This document shows positions 1 to 10,167 of a stretch of DNA of 64,000 nucleotides, in pieces. Each line of letters opens with the position of its first letter. Position 1 is the first letter of the stretch. The position numbers and the translations under genes are program-made. The stretch comes from Candidatus Latescibacterota bacterium (GTDB taxonomy: Bacteria; Latescibacterota; UBA2968; GCA-2709665), in contig OZ244744.1 of assembly GCA_965219455.1 (NCBI GenBank), positions 4,832,001 to 4,896,000 on the forward strand, in the 5' to 3' direction. Below the pieces are notes generated by a model. The model did not search any database. It was not told where the DNA came from and saw nothing but the letters and a program-made list of their open reading frames with translations.

Positions 1-135
1 CGCCAACTCGTCAGCCAACTCATCGCGCCTGGGTCTGGAAACCCACCCGCCTCTGAATCGGACGGCCTTGAGTTCCAGCGAAGTATCTTCTCCAAGGCGT
101 ATCTTCTGTAGTAGTTCTTCCGGGCTATTAAACAT
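1..135 (-). CDS. Schlafen/AlbA_2 domain protein, N-terminal part (runs off window start)
   Basis: Manual translation from ATG at 135: MFNSPEELLQKIRLGEDTSLELKAVRF...DELADELA, with the GE-x3-ELK AlbA_2 pattern; start overlaps the end of the upstream PHP-ATPase. Confidence 0.75.
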   Translation of the reverse strand, partial: MFNSPEELLQKIRLGEDTSLELKAVRFRGGWVSRPRRDELADELA

Positions 136-2896
136 GCCGTCCTTCCAGCGCGATGCGACGATAGCGATCTTCAAAGGCCTTGCGCCCGCCCTCCATCACT
201 GCACAGATCGTCTCTCGTACTTCTTGCTCCTGAAAACATCCTTCGCACTCTTTCTGAGTATCCCCGTAACTCGCGGCCAGCGCTACGACCAATTCCGCAT
301 CGCCGTTGACAACGATGTTTGCGTTGTGAGTTACCAAAATTACCTGTCGACGGAGCTTGACTTCTCGCAATTGGGTTACAATCAAGTCATAGATCAGATG
401 GTTGTCCAAATCGTCCTCTGGCTGGTCCAGAATCAAAGGCTCTTCGCCGTAAGAAAGTAGAAAAGCCAGGAGCGCCGCGGTTTTCTGGCCAGGCGAACCT
501 TCCTGTATTGATCGGAAATGTTGGCCGTCGCCACTTGCACTGTATTGAACCTCTACGGAATCTTCTGGAAACCACAGGTCCAGCCGATCAATGGATTCAG
601 GCAAAAGGCTACCGACGTGGTTAGCGAAACGTCGATCTGCGACTGCTCCCGGGTCGTATTGACCAGAGGCGATTTTCCTGATCTGGGTCTTGATGCTTAA
701 GAGATTCTGTTCAATCACCTCGGCACTGGCGTCGTTAGCATACAGTTCACCAAGCAACCCCCCCCCGTCTGGCGATCCAATGTCTCTCTCAAATGTCCTG
801 TCCTCTCGATGCAGTAATTGCCGAAATTCGCCTTCCACTAAATCGGATGCACCGTATGGAAGAATTCTTATCCTGACATACTGGTTCCCTCGTAGAACGG
901 AATTCAAAAATGATCGGCGAGATGCCGTCAACTCACGACGTATCGTCAGCAAACGCTTCAAGCACGTATCTGCCTCACAGTTTAGCTCATCAATCTGGCT
1001 TTTTCGTTCGTCCAGCTCGTTCAACCGCTGCTCAATTGCTTGTCGCCGCTGCACGAACTCACCGTAAGCCGCGGGATCGTCTGCTCCTTCTCGCTCCAGG
1101 TTCTTTTTCAGCTCTTGATAGGCTTGGGAAGCAGTATCGACACTTTCTTGCCAGGCCGACTCATTCTTGTTTTTTTGCCATTTGGTGACAACGTCATCTG
1201 CTCCCGAGGCAAGTTTCTCAACGCTTGCGCGGATTTCACTGAGGCGTTCGCATACTTTTGTGGCAAATCCCCGCAGCTCTTTGTCTGGAGCTGAATGCGA
1301 ATCGAAATAGGATTCGTCCAGATGATCCGGCACGATTTCAGCCGCAACCTTACGCAACCGCTCACCAGTTCCGATCCAGCCTTCTTCCCATGCCTCCACC
1401 TCCCGACACTGTCGGGTGCGTTCTTGATAGGACTTGAGGATTTTGGTGTGTCCCGACTGCTCAAAGATATCCAACTTTCGTTTGACGTCGTCCAACTCTC
1501 CGCGTAGCCGTGGCTCTTCGGAAAGTCCGGTTTCTATCTCCCTTACCTTGGCTCGGAGAGAAAGATAGCGACTTTCTTCCATTTTCCATTTTTCAGACCA
1601 AGCATGGTAATCTACCTCTGGAGCGACATCGATAATTTTAAGCAATGCAAGCGGTGTCTTTGCGAGTTGGAACACCTGTTTCTGGCTGTAAATTCGAACG
1701 GGAAATCGATGCTGAATGTCACCTTCCGCGTTAATCCATTGTCCGTTTACTTCCCTTTGAATTGGTTCAAGGTCCCCGGCCGGATTCCATTGGACGCGAA
1801 ACTGATCTCTATCTTTCCGACATGTTACCTTGATAGAAGTATCGTTTGTCAGTAATCCGCTGTTCTCCTCGTCTGGATAAACTTGGCTATATTGTCCAAA
1901 CTCCGGTTGCAACGCCTCCGGAATTTCATCCTTCCGTCGGAAGGCAATGCGAAGGAACTCAAGGGCGGTTGACTTGCCCGTGCCACGGCCTCAAATAATT
2001 GCGTTAAACCAGGGATTCAACCCGATAGTGAAGGTTTCGTCGTGACCCATGTAGCGAGCGTCTGAAACCTCCATAGAACTTAACGCAAACGCCGCATGTT
2101 CGTTTGGGTCATCGGTACCCTGGTCGGAACGCCGTACCGAAAGGGCACCGTCTAACAGAGCCAACCTCAACCCTTCGATGGCAGGTCGTCCCATCTTGAC
2201 CCATGTGAAGTGGCTGCCTGGAAATCGCTGCTCCGCGTTCCCGGAGGGATGATGTGCGTCCGAGCCGAGGATTTCCGTCCAACGCAGCTTTTTGTCGATA
2301 TATAGTTGTGGTTTCTCAAATTCCAGGTTCACCAACTCCATGGCAAATATATCTTTACGATCCAGCGCCTGCTCTAACGTCGTACCCGACAATTTGAAGA
2401 GTCCGTTGAAATCATCTGTGTGAGCTGGAATCCCGATGCCACCGGCCTTTACAATGGCGTCGACGACTTCGACAAATGACTTAGTTGTGACTGCGTCGCT
2501 TGAACCCTTTTTCTCGGAAGGAAATCCAACTGCACCGATAAGCGAGTCGATGTCCGAAGTTGACTTTTCGCTTGCCAGAATCGCCAACAGATGCACGCCA
2601 ACGCTGACCGATATTTCCACGCCCGGGAAAACGTGAAGTGGTCTGAAACCGTCCGGGTTCTCTGATTCGAGTTCACCGAGTGCAGTCTTGACGCGATCAA
2701 TCCACGCCCCGCTGTTGTGGTCAGTGATTGCAACGCAATCAACACCGGCACGCATGTAGTCGTGCAGCCACTCACGGGGGGATCGTTCGCGAAGAGTCTT
2801 CTGATTTGGGCCCTTCCCATAATCTATGGAGGCCGGGGTATGGGTGTGAAAATCACACTTCCACCAACGGGCGCCGTTCCAGTTCCATTCGTTCAT
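128..2896 (-). pseudogene. PHP-domain + SMC/ABC-type ATPase fusion (TrlF/Ppl-like defence protein) interrupted by in-frame TGA at 1991-1993
   Basis: PHP motifs DFHTHT, TDHN, AHTD, SDAH; reading through TGA gives NAII*GRGTGKST (Walker A); same frame continues to GSPGQKT, LILDQPEDDLD, VTHNAN. Confidence 0.85.
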
Positions 2897-3488
2897 ATCC
2901 AGTTTCCCATTTGCGTAGTCGCCAAGCTGCGATGCCCTCTTGTAGTCATTGGGAACGACATCTTGAGGAAACAGCCATCGGTGTCGCTACTATTCCATCT
3001 AACCGTTGTCGAAGTTCTTCCCCTCAATCCATACTCTCCATTTTTCAATCGAGATTCAATTTAACCATTTCGCAGGTCCCGTCGTGCTTCTACTGCCAGT
3101 TATCACAAAGGAGTTGCAACCCAAACAACTGCAACCACACGATGCTGCGACAATCGTCAATATAGCTTACGATTCTCGCAGGTTATTGACAAGCGTTTTC
3201 TTGCGCAATGTAGCGATATTTTCTATCAGGTAATTCCTTAGTGTATGGGTTAAGTTTGATTGAAATGTCCAGATCTTGGCAGGGTCTCGGTGCTTGTATT
3301 TCAACCCGGGAAACACTATACTGGACGGCGCGTCTTTTGATTTGACACAACGGCGGTTCGGTCCAAGTCTCGGGTATGGGAAAGATCCCAGGGATGCTGA
3401 ACGCCGGGTCGCGACATCTGTTTTTTCTGTTTCGCAATCTCCCGGTTCACGTTGGGACTGAGAGTGGACGATACTGAGAGTGGCTAAC

Positions 3489-4058
3489 ATGGCAGAAATA
3501 GCCATCTTTGCAATAGTCGTTATGGCAACGGTGATCCTGGCTGTGTTCTTGCTGAAGAAGAAAATGCGCCGGTGCCGGTGGTGTATGCGTTCGACGGTGC
3601 CGGTCGAGCATTTGTCAATGGGCGAAGGGGAACAGGTCCGGCGCCTGATTCAGGAAGAGGGCATGCCGGGTGGGCCGGAGAAATACGAGGTCTGTCCGGA
3701 ATGCAAGCGCATCTACGACTGGCGCTGGCGCAGCGACGAACGGCCTTACCGCCCGGAATGGGAGTTGTACGAACGCCAGTGCGCGTGCGGGTGCGACCTG
3801 TCACGACCCGCATTGATCGTCGATACCGATTCCCTGAAAACCGCATTGCGAGGAATCCGTCCGGAAGTCCTGGAGTTTGTGGAACGGCAGTACGGGCGAG
3901 ATGGGCTGCACGAGCGCCTATATTCGTCGGTGTCCGATGAACATCTCCTGTTCGTGTGCAGAAACTGTTTTCGGATCTATATGTGGTTGCCCGTGAAGGG
4001 CTTTCAGGTATTCCAGGTTGTGTCAGGCGGGATGGACAAATACGATCGACCCTCCTGA
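3489..4058 (+). CDS. Hypothetical membrane-anchored Cys-rich (double zinc-ribbon-like) protein, paralog 1
   Basis: N-terminal hydrophobic helix then KKK; CRWC, CPEC, CACG, CRNC motifs; homologous to next ORF. Confidence 0.8.
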   Translation: MAEIAIFAIVVMATVILAVFLLKKKMRRCRWCMRSTVPVEHLSMGEGEQVRRLIQEEGMPGGPEKYEVCPECKRIYDWRWRSDERPYRPEWELYERQCACGCDLSRPALIVDTDSLKTALRGIRPEVLEFVERQYGRDGLHERLYSSVSDEHLLFVCRNCFRIYMWLPVKGFQVFQVVSGGMDKYDRPS

Positions 4059-4139
4059 TATCCTGCCCCGTATTTTATACAAGAGTTGTCCGGAGATTGT
4101 GTTGCCACGCGGCCGCAGGACAGGCGAGGAGAAATAAAG

Positions 4140-4733
4140 ATGGGAACCGGGCACCTGATTTTCTCAGTAATTCTTATCGCCGGGTTTATCGTGCTGATGC
4201 TCTATCTACGGAAGGGCTCACGCCGATGCCGGTGGTGCCGGACACCCACGGTAAAGCTCGACGCATTGCCGGAACAGGCGCGCAATCGGATTGAAGCCCT
4301 GGTCCGGCAGGAAGGTATGGATCCTGCGGATTCGTATGAATTCTGCGTGACTTGCAGGCGCATCTTTGACCAGTGGTGGTTCCACAAGGATTGGGATATG
4401 CGCGACCGATGGTGCGCGTGTGGATCCGGGCTGAAATCACCCTGGGACGTGGATACCAACCGTCTGCGTCAGGCCGCGGCCGATCTTCCCCGAGAGATTA
4501 TTGGGTTGCTTCTTGATCGAAGTTCCCGGGATGATATCGCACGCCTTCTGGGCGGTTACGACGATATCATGCACCGCGAAGAGAAGCGTCCGGGCGGCCA
4601 CGTCCTGAGGGTTTGCGACATCTGCCACAGGTTATATATGTGGGTTGAAATGAACGGTTATCAGGTCTTTCAATGCGTGTCGGTCGGTCGCGACAAATAC
4701 GACAGGGAACTGAAGCCTTCGTACGACTCGTGA
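4140..4733 (+). CDS. Hypothetical membrane-anchored Cys-rich (double zinc-ribbon-like) protein, paralog 2
   Basis: RBS GAGGAG; TM helix; CRWC, CVTC, CACG, CDIC; shares YMW..GxQVFQxVSxGxDKYDR with paralog 1. Confidence 0.8.
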   Translation: MGTGHLIFSVILIAGFIVLMLYLRKGSRRCRWCRTPTVKLDALPEQARNRIEALVRQEGMDPADSYEFCVTCRRIFDQWWFHKDWDMRDRWCACGSGLKSPWDVDTNRLRQAAADLPREIIGLLLDRSSRDDIARLLGGYDDIMHREEKRPGGHVLRVCDICHRLYMWVEMNGYQVFQCVSVGRDKYDRELKPSYDS

Positions 4734-4990
4734 AGTGATGGATCGACGCCCGAACTCGCAGGTGCCACGGATTCCCGGCAACTTTCTGCTTAAATCAATA
4801 GGGTGAATTATCCATAGGAATGGGTGCAACAATTGAACAGGTGGTGCTTTTCAATGCTTTTCGCGTCGAAGAAGACACCAATCTGCTATGTTGTCGGATC
4901 GTGTAAGTCGGAACGGTGTCGTACAGCCTTCGGGTAACGGGTTCACCACCATCGCCCGAAAAACTGTACGTTTTTTCGTTCATTGGGTCT

Positions 4991-5022
4991 TTATCCTGCT
5001 CATCCTGTCCATCCATGTAAGT
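4991..5022 (+). repeat. ATCCTG-periodic dispersed repeat, copy A
   Basis: TTATCCTGCTCATCCTGTCCATCCATGTAAGT; 28/32 identical to reverse complement of 43743-43774. Confidence 0.75.
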
Positions 5023-5058
5023 TCATGTTTATGAATTATTCAGGCTAGAGGGACCACA

Positions 5059-8000
5059 ATGCGATTTGTCGCTGACGTCCATCTGCATTCCCGGTTTTCC
5101 AGGGCCACGAGCCGTGAACTGACCCCGGAGAATCTCTACAAGTGGTCCGCGCTCAAGGGCGTGAACGTGGTAGGCACGGGCGACTTCACCCATCCCGAGT
5201 GGATCGATGAACTGAAGGATCGCCTGGAGCCGGCCGAGGAGGGACTCTACCGGCTCAAACCGGTGCATCAGGCCACGGTGGACGAAGACGTGCCGGAGCG
5301 ATGCCGGGGGACGGTGCGCTTTGTGCTGTCCACAGAGATCAGCGTGATTTACAAAAAGAACGACAAGACCCGCAAGGTGCACCACGTCGTGTTGATGTCC
5401 AACTTCGAAGCGGTGGAGCGGTTGAATGCCCGGTTGGGCGATATCGGCAATCTGAAGTCGGATGGGAGGCCCATTCTGGGTCTGGACAGCCGGGATCTTG
5501 TTGAGATCTGCGTTGAAGCGGCCGAAGACGTGCTGTTTATTCCGGCGCATATATGGACACCTCATTTCGCCGTGCTGGGCGCGAGTTCCGGGTTCGATAC
5601 GCTGGAGGAGTGTTTCGAGGACATGCTGCCGGCGATTTTCGCCGTGGAGACGGGGCTGTCTTCCGATCCGCCGATGAACTGGCGTCTGTCCATGCTGGAC
5701 CGGTATGCGATCGTGTCCAACTCGGATGCGCATTCCCCGCAGAAACTGGCGCGGGAGGCCACCTGTTTCGATACCGAATTGTCGTACCGCGGCATTTACG
5801 ATGCTCTTAAGACAAGGGACCCGGAACGGTTTCTGGGCACGCTCGAGTTCTTTCCTGAAGAGGGGAAGTATCACCTGGACGGGCATCGGAAATGCGGTAT
5901 CTGCTGGGAGCCGAGACAGTCGCTTGCGGCGGATTGTGTTTGTCCGGAATGCGGTAAGCGGTTGACCGTCGGCGTGCTGCACCGCGTCGAACATCTGGCG
6001 GACAGGGAGGCGGGCGACAGGCCTGCTCTGGCCCCGCCGTATGAGAATCTGATTCCTCTGAAGGAGATCATCGGTTCCGTGTTGGGGGTGGGGCCCACAA
6101 GCAAGAAGGTTCACGGGGTGTATGAACGGCTATTGGCGGAATTGGGGCCCGAACTCGCCATTTTGAGGGATGCGTCCCCAGAGGCGATTGCCGGATGCGG
6201 CGAGGCGCTCGTTGCGGAGGGCGTGCGCCGAATGCGGTCCGGGGAGGTGGAGATAGCGGCCGGCTACGACGGCGTGTACGGCCGGATCCAGGTGTTCTCG
6301 GAGGAGGATAGGGCGCGGCTGAGCCGGCAGCCGGCGCTGTTCAATCTGCCCGGGAAGGCGGATCTATCGCCTGCGGGGTCCGTGTCTGATGCGTCGTCAA
6401 CTGGCGAAGAAGCGGCTGTCGTAAACGTTGCGGCGCAAGGGATTTCGGAGGGTCAGGGGGACGGCGGACCGGACGCGGTGCAGTTGGAGGCTGTGAACTG
6501 GTGCAGCGGGCCGGCGATTGTGGTGGCCGGCCCGGGCACGGGCAAAACACGGGTGTTGACCCATCGGTTGGCGCGGCTGATACGTGAGGAGGGGGTACCG
6601 CCGGAGTCGATTCTGGCGGTGACGTTTACGAATAAAGCCGCGTCGGAGATGCGTGAACGTATGCGGATGCTGTTGCCCGGGGAAGACAGACTGGATCGGT
6701 TGATGCTGGGTACGTTTCACGCCGTGGCGCTGGAACTGATGCAATCCTGTCGGCCTTGCGCGGTGCAACAGGTGATCGACGAGGTGGAGACGACGCAGGT
6801 GCTGGCCGACGTCATGGCCAATGCCGATGTCAACCTGTCCTTACGGGAGACCCGGTCGAGGATCTCACTTGTCAAGACGGACCCGGAGTTGGCGGCGCCG
6901 GAGGCGTTGAGCGACGTCTACGGAGCCTACCAGGACAGCCTGGGTACGCTGGGTGTGTGGGATTACGACGATATCCTGCTTGAATTCCTGAAGCTGCTTC
7001 GGGAAACGGATGGGGTATCCCAACGGGTACGGCAACGGTTTGCGCACGTACTCGTGGACGAGTTTCAGGACGTGAACGCGGTGCAGTACCGGCTGGTGAC
7101 TGCGCTCGCGGGTGCAGGCAGCGGTCTGTTCGTGATCGGCGATCCGGACCAGGCCATTTACGGCTTCCGTGGCGCGAGTCCCGCGTTTTTTCAGAAGTTG
7201 CGTGAAGACTTTCCGGCTGCCCGGACGTTTGTTCCGGAGCGGACATATCGGTCGACGCGCCAGATTGTCGACGCGGCAATCTCCGTGATCGGTGGTGGGC
7301 GTCAGATGATTGCGGTCCGGGGAGAAGGCGTTGCGGTCCGCCAGGTTTCCGTGCCCGGTGAAACGGCCGAGGGGATTGCGGTGGTGCGCGAGATCAGCCG
7401 GATGATGGGCGGCGCCGATATGCTTCAGGCCGATGAGGTTGGCGGGCAGGATTCAGCAGCGGGCGGAGGCGACCGGAGCCTGTCGGATTTCGCCGTGTTG
7501 TTCAGGACCGGCCGGCAGGCGGACGAGATCGAACGGTGTTTTCTTGAAGAGGGATTGCCGTACCGCGTGGTGGGGCAGAAGGGATTTCTTTCGGCAGAGC
7601 CCGTGCGGCACTTGCTTTCCTTTTTCGATTACGTGATCCGGCCGGAGGAAGGCCTGCGTTTGTTGCGTGCACTGTCGATCCCCATCTTTCACCCTGGAAA
7701 AGCAGCGCTCGATCGCCTCCGGCGCACGGGTGACGATTTCACCGCTGGCGACCTGCCGTCGTCGGTACGGGAGAAAGTCTCCGCGTTGCGGGATGCGGCG
7801 GCGGCGTTCAGAAAAATGGCGGAAACGGAATCCGTCGAGGCGTTGGTCAGAACCTGGCTGGAAGTGGCCGAGGTGGACGAGGATGATAATCTCGCCCGCC
7901 TTGCGCGGATGGCGGTCAACTTCGATTCGATGCGGCGATTCCTGGATACGCTGGTGCTCGGCGCCGACGCGGATTACGTACGTGTCGGCGTCTCGACAGG

Positions 8001-8328
8001 TAAGAGTGCCGAATCGGTGACGTTGTCGACCCTGCACGCGTCCAAGGGACTGGAGTTTCCGGTGGTGTTTATCTGCGGTGTGGAGGAGGGGCTGATTCCG
8101 CACGAAAACGCGGATCCGGAGGAGGAGCGGCGGTTGTTGTTCGTGGGTTTGACCCGGGCCAAGGACGAGGCCGTGTTACTCTGCGCACGGAGCAGGACGC
8201 GTTTCGGCGAGCGGATCCGTCCGGAGCCGTCCCGGTTCCTGGAGGATATTCCCGCCGCGTTCTTGAACAGGGAGCGCGTGTCAACGGAGCGGCGGGACAG
8301 GCAGGCGGAGCAACTCTCCCTGTTCTGA
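5059..8328 (+). CDS. Endonuclease Q (PHP, TIGR00375-like) fused to UvrD/PcrA SF1 helicase
   Basis: DVHLHSRFSRATS, GTGDFTHP, AHIWTP, SNSDAHS, GKYHLDGHRKC, CPECG; helicase AGPGTGKT, DEFQD, GDPDQAIYGFRGA, TLHASKGLEF, EERRLLFVGLTRAK. Confidence 0.92.
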   Translation: MRFVADVHLHSRFSRATSRELTPENLYKWSALKGVNVVGTGDFTHPEWIDELKDRLEPAEEGLYRLKPVHQATVDEDVPERCRGTVRFVLSTEISVIYKKNDKTRKVHHVVLMSNFEAVERLNARLGDIGNLKSDGRPILGLDSRDLVEICVEAAEDVLFIPAHIWTPHFAVLGASSGFDTLEECFEDMLPAIFAVETGLSSDPPMNWRLSMLDRYAIVSNSDAHSPQKLAREATCFDTELSYRGIYDALKTRDPERFLGTLEFFPEEGKYHLDGHRKCGICWEPRQSLAADCVCPECGKRLTVGVLHRVEHLADREAGDRPALAPPYENLIPLKEIIGSVLGVGPTSKKVHGVYERLLAELGPELAILRDASPEAIAGCGEALVAEGVRRMRSGEVEIAAGYDGVYGRIQVFSEEDRARLSRQPALFNLPGKADLSPAGSVSDASSTGEEAAVVNVAAQGISEGQGDGGPDAVQLEAVNWCSGPAIVVAGPGTGKTRVLTHRLARLIREEGVPPESILAVTFTNKAASEMRERMRMLLPGEDRLDRLMLGTFHAVALELMQSCRPCAVQQVIDEVETTQVLADVMANADVNLSLRETRSRISLVKTDPELAAPEALSDVYGAYQDSLGTLGVWDYDDILLEFLKLLRETDGVSQRVRQRFAHVLVDEFQDVNAVQYRLVTALAGAGSGLFVIGDPDQAIYGFRGASPAFFQKLREDFPAARTFVPERTYRSTRQIVDAAISVIGGGRQMIAVRGEGVAVRQVSVPGETAEGIAVVREISRMMGGADMLQADEVGGQDSAAGGGDRSLSDFAVLFRTGRQADEIERCFLEEGLPYRVVGQKGFLSAEPVRHLLSFFDYVIRPEEGLRLLRALSIPIFHPGKAALDRLRRTGDDFTAGDLPSSVREKVSALRDAAAAFRKMAETESVEALVRTWLEVAEVDEDDNLARLARMAVNFDSMRRFLDTLVLGADADYVRVGVSTGKSAESVTLSTLHASKGLEFPVVFICGVEEGLIPHENADPEEERRLLFVGLTRAKDEAVLLCARSRTRFGERIRPEPSRFLEDIPAAFLNRERVSTERRDRQAEQLSLF

Positions 8329-8353
8329 CGGCCCGGGCGACACGAGTCCGATT

Positions 8354-9823
8354 CTACGTCAATCGCCGAAATCGGTCATACGCTTCTTCCCACGCGTCCT
8401 TCTCTTTCGGCTCGTACATAACGATTTCCGTGGAATTGCGAACGACTTCCCGGAGATCGCCGAGGGAGTCGATTTCGCGCCGCGCGTAAGCCTGCATGAG
8501 GATATTCCCCAGGGCCGTTGCTTCAGCCGGGCCGGCGATAACAGGCCGCCCCGCCGCGCTGGAGGTCAACTGGTTCAGAAGGGTATTTCGAATGCCCCCG
8601 CCCACGACGTGGACGGTGTGCAGTTTCCTGTTCAGAACCGACTCGAGGTCTTCCAGGACGCGGCGGCACTTGAGAGCGAGGCTCTCCAGGGCGCACCGGA
8701 TGACGGCGCCCTCGGTGGCCGGCTCAGTCTGGCCGGTCTGTCTACAGTACGCACGAATGCGGGCCGGCATATCCCCGGGCGCCATGAAATCCGGATGGTC
8801 AGGGTCTATGAACGCGGTCAATGCTGGAGCCGCTTCCGCCATCCGGACAAGGTCGGTGAAAGAAAAAACGTGACCCTGGTTTTCCCAGATGCGTCGGCAT
8901 TCCTGGACAATCCAGAGCCCGGTGATATTCTTGAGGAAGCGGTAGGTGCCGCAAACGCCGCCCTCGTTGGTAAAGTTGTGGTGGAGCGCTTCCGGCGTGA
9001 CGGCCGGGGCTGGCAGTTCCGCGCCGAGCAGCGCCCACGTGCCTGAACTGACGTAGGCCGCGTCGGCGTCCGAGAACGGCACGGCCGCCACCGCCGATCC
9101 GGTGTCGTGGCAGGCCGGCGCGATGACCTCGCCGGACCGGATGCCGGCATCCCTCGCTATCTCCGGACGAAGGGCACCCAGAGACGTGCCTGGCTGGACG
9201 ATTTCGGGAAGCATGCCAAACGGGATGTTGAGCCGGTGCAGCAGGTCGGTTGCCCATCCGCCCGTCCTCGGGTTGTAGAACTGGGTGGTGGTGGCGTTCG
9301 AGAACTCACAGACTTTGCGCCCGGTCAGCCAGAAGTTGAATAGGTCGGGCATCATCAGGAACGTGCGAGCCATGCGCAGTTGCGGGGAATTTCTCTCTGC
9401 CAGGGACAATAGCTGATAGAGCGTGTTGATTTCCAGGAACTGCAGGCCGGTCTGCTCGAATATATCCCCCCTGGCGACAAGGCCGAGAGCTTTTTCCATC
9501 ATTCCTTTGACGCGAGGGTCACGGTAACAGTGAGGATTCCCCAGGAGTTCGTCACCGTCGTCCAGGAGTGCGAAATCCACCCCCCAGGTGTCGATTCCGA
9601 TGCCCGCGAGTTCCGGACCTGAGATTTGCACGCATTTTCGAAGTCCCGCGAGCATTTCTTCATAGAGGCGCAGTGCGTCCCAATAAAGGCCTCCTGCCAC
9701 GGATACGGGGCCGTTGGCGAAGCGGTGGATTTCTTCGAGTTCGACGGCGTTTCCATCGAAGCGACCGACGACAGCTCTGCCGCTGGACGCGCCAAGATCG
9801 TAGGCGAGGTAGGTCTGTGGCAT
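8354..9823 (-). CDS. rhaB: Rhamnulokinase family FGGY sugar kinase
   Basis: AYDLGASSGR, GIDTWGVDF, HDTGSAV, SSGTW, FTNEGG, LKNITGLW; RBS GAAGGAG before ATG 9823. Confidence 0.88.
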   Translation of the reverse strand: MPQTYLAYDLGASSGRAVVGRFDGNAVELEEIHRFANGPVSVAGGLYWDALRLYEEMLAGLRKCVQISGPELAGIGIDTWGVDFALLDDGDELLGNPHCYRDPRVKGMMEKALGLVARGDIFEQTGLQFLEINTLYQLLSLAERNSPQLRMARTFLMMPDLFNFWLTGRKVCEFSNATTTQFYNPRTGGWATDLLHRLNIPFGMLPEIVQPGTSLGALRPEIARDAGIRSGEVIAPACHDTGSAVAAVPFSDADAAYVSSGTWALLGAELPAPAVTPEALHHNFTNEGGVCGTYRFLKNITGLWIVQECRRIWENQGHVFSFTDLVRMAEAAPALTAFIDPDHPDFMAPGDMPARIRAYCRQTGQTEPATEGAVIRCALESLALKCRRVLEDLESVLNRKLHTVHVVGGGIRNTLLNQLTSSAAGRPVIAGPAEATALGNILMQAYARREIDSLGDLREVVRNSTEIVMYEPKEKDAWEEAYDRFRRLT

Positions 9824-9972
9824 TGCGACTCCTTCAGGATTGCCACTTGCGGATAAGCACCAGACCGGAAGCACGATGCCGCTTTCCGCGATGCTGAATT
9901 CGGTCCCGTTCGCGACCGAACCGGCCTGAACCCGATCCTGGCTTCCGGTTGTGCAGGATTCTGTCGTTTGCG

Positions 9973-10001
9973 ATATTATGCGATGCGGCGCGGGGTGTCA
10001 A
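9973..10001 (-). promoter_or_regulatory. Putative sigma70 promoter for rhaB
   Basis: Minus strand TTGACA-17 bp-TAATAT. Confidence 0.5.
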
Positions 10002-10167
10002 GTGTTTCGTCACAGCGGGAACACCCGCCACCAGGGGACATGGTGGACGGCCGGCGCGACGTTCCGGGCCTGTCGATTGGAAGATCGGATCGGAAGGCCT
10101 TTTTTGTTGGTTTCGTTCGCGAATTGAAGTCATCCACGCGCCCAGGCCCGTTCGAGAGGGGTTGTGA

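Noticed and set aside
4795-5016. 73-aa ORF starting MDGQDEQD
   Set aside because: The start is simply the translation of the ATCCTG repeat and the remainder has no recognisable features.
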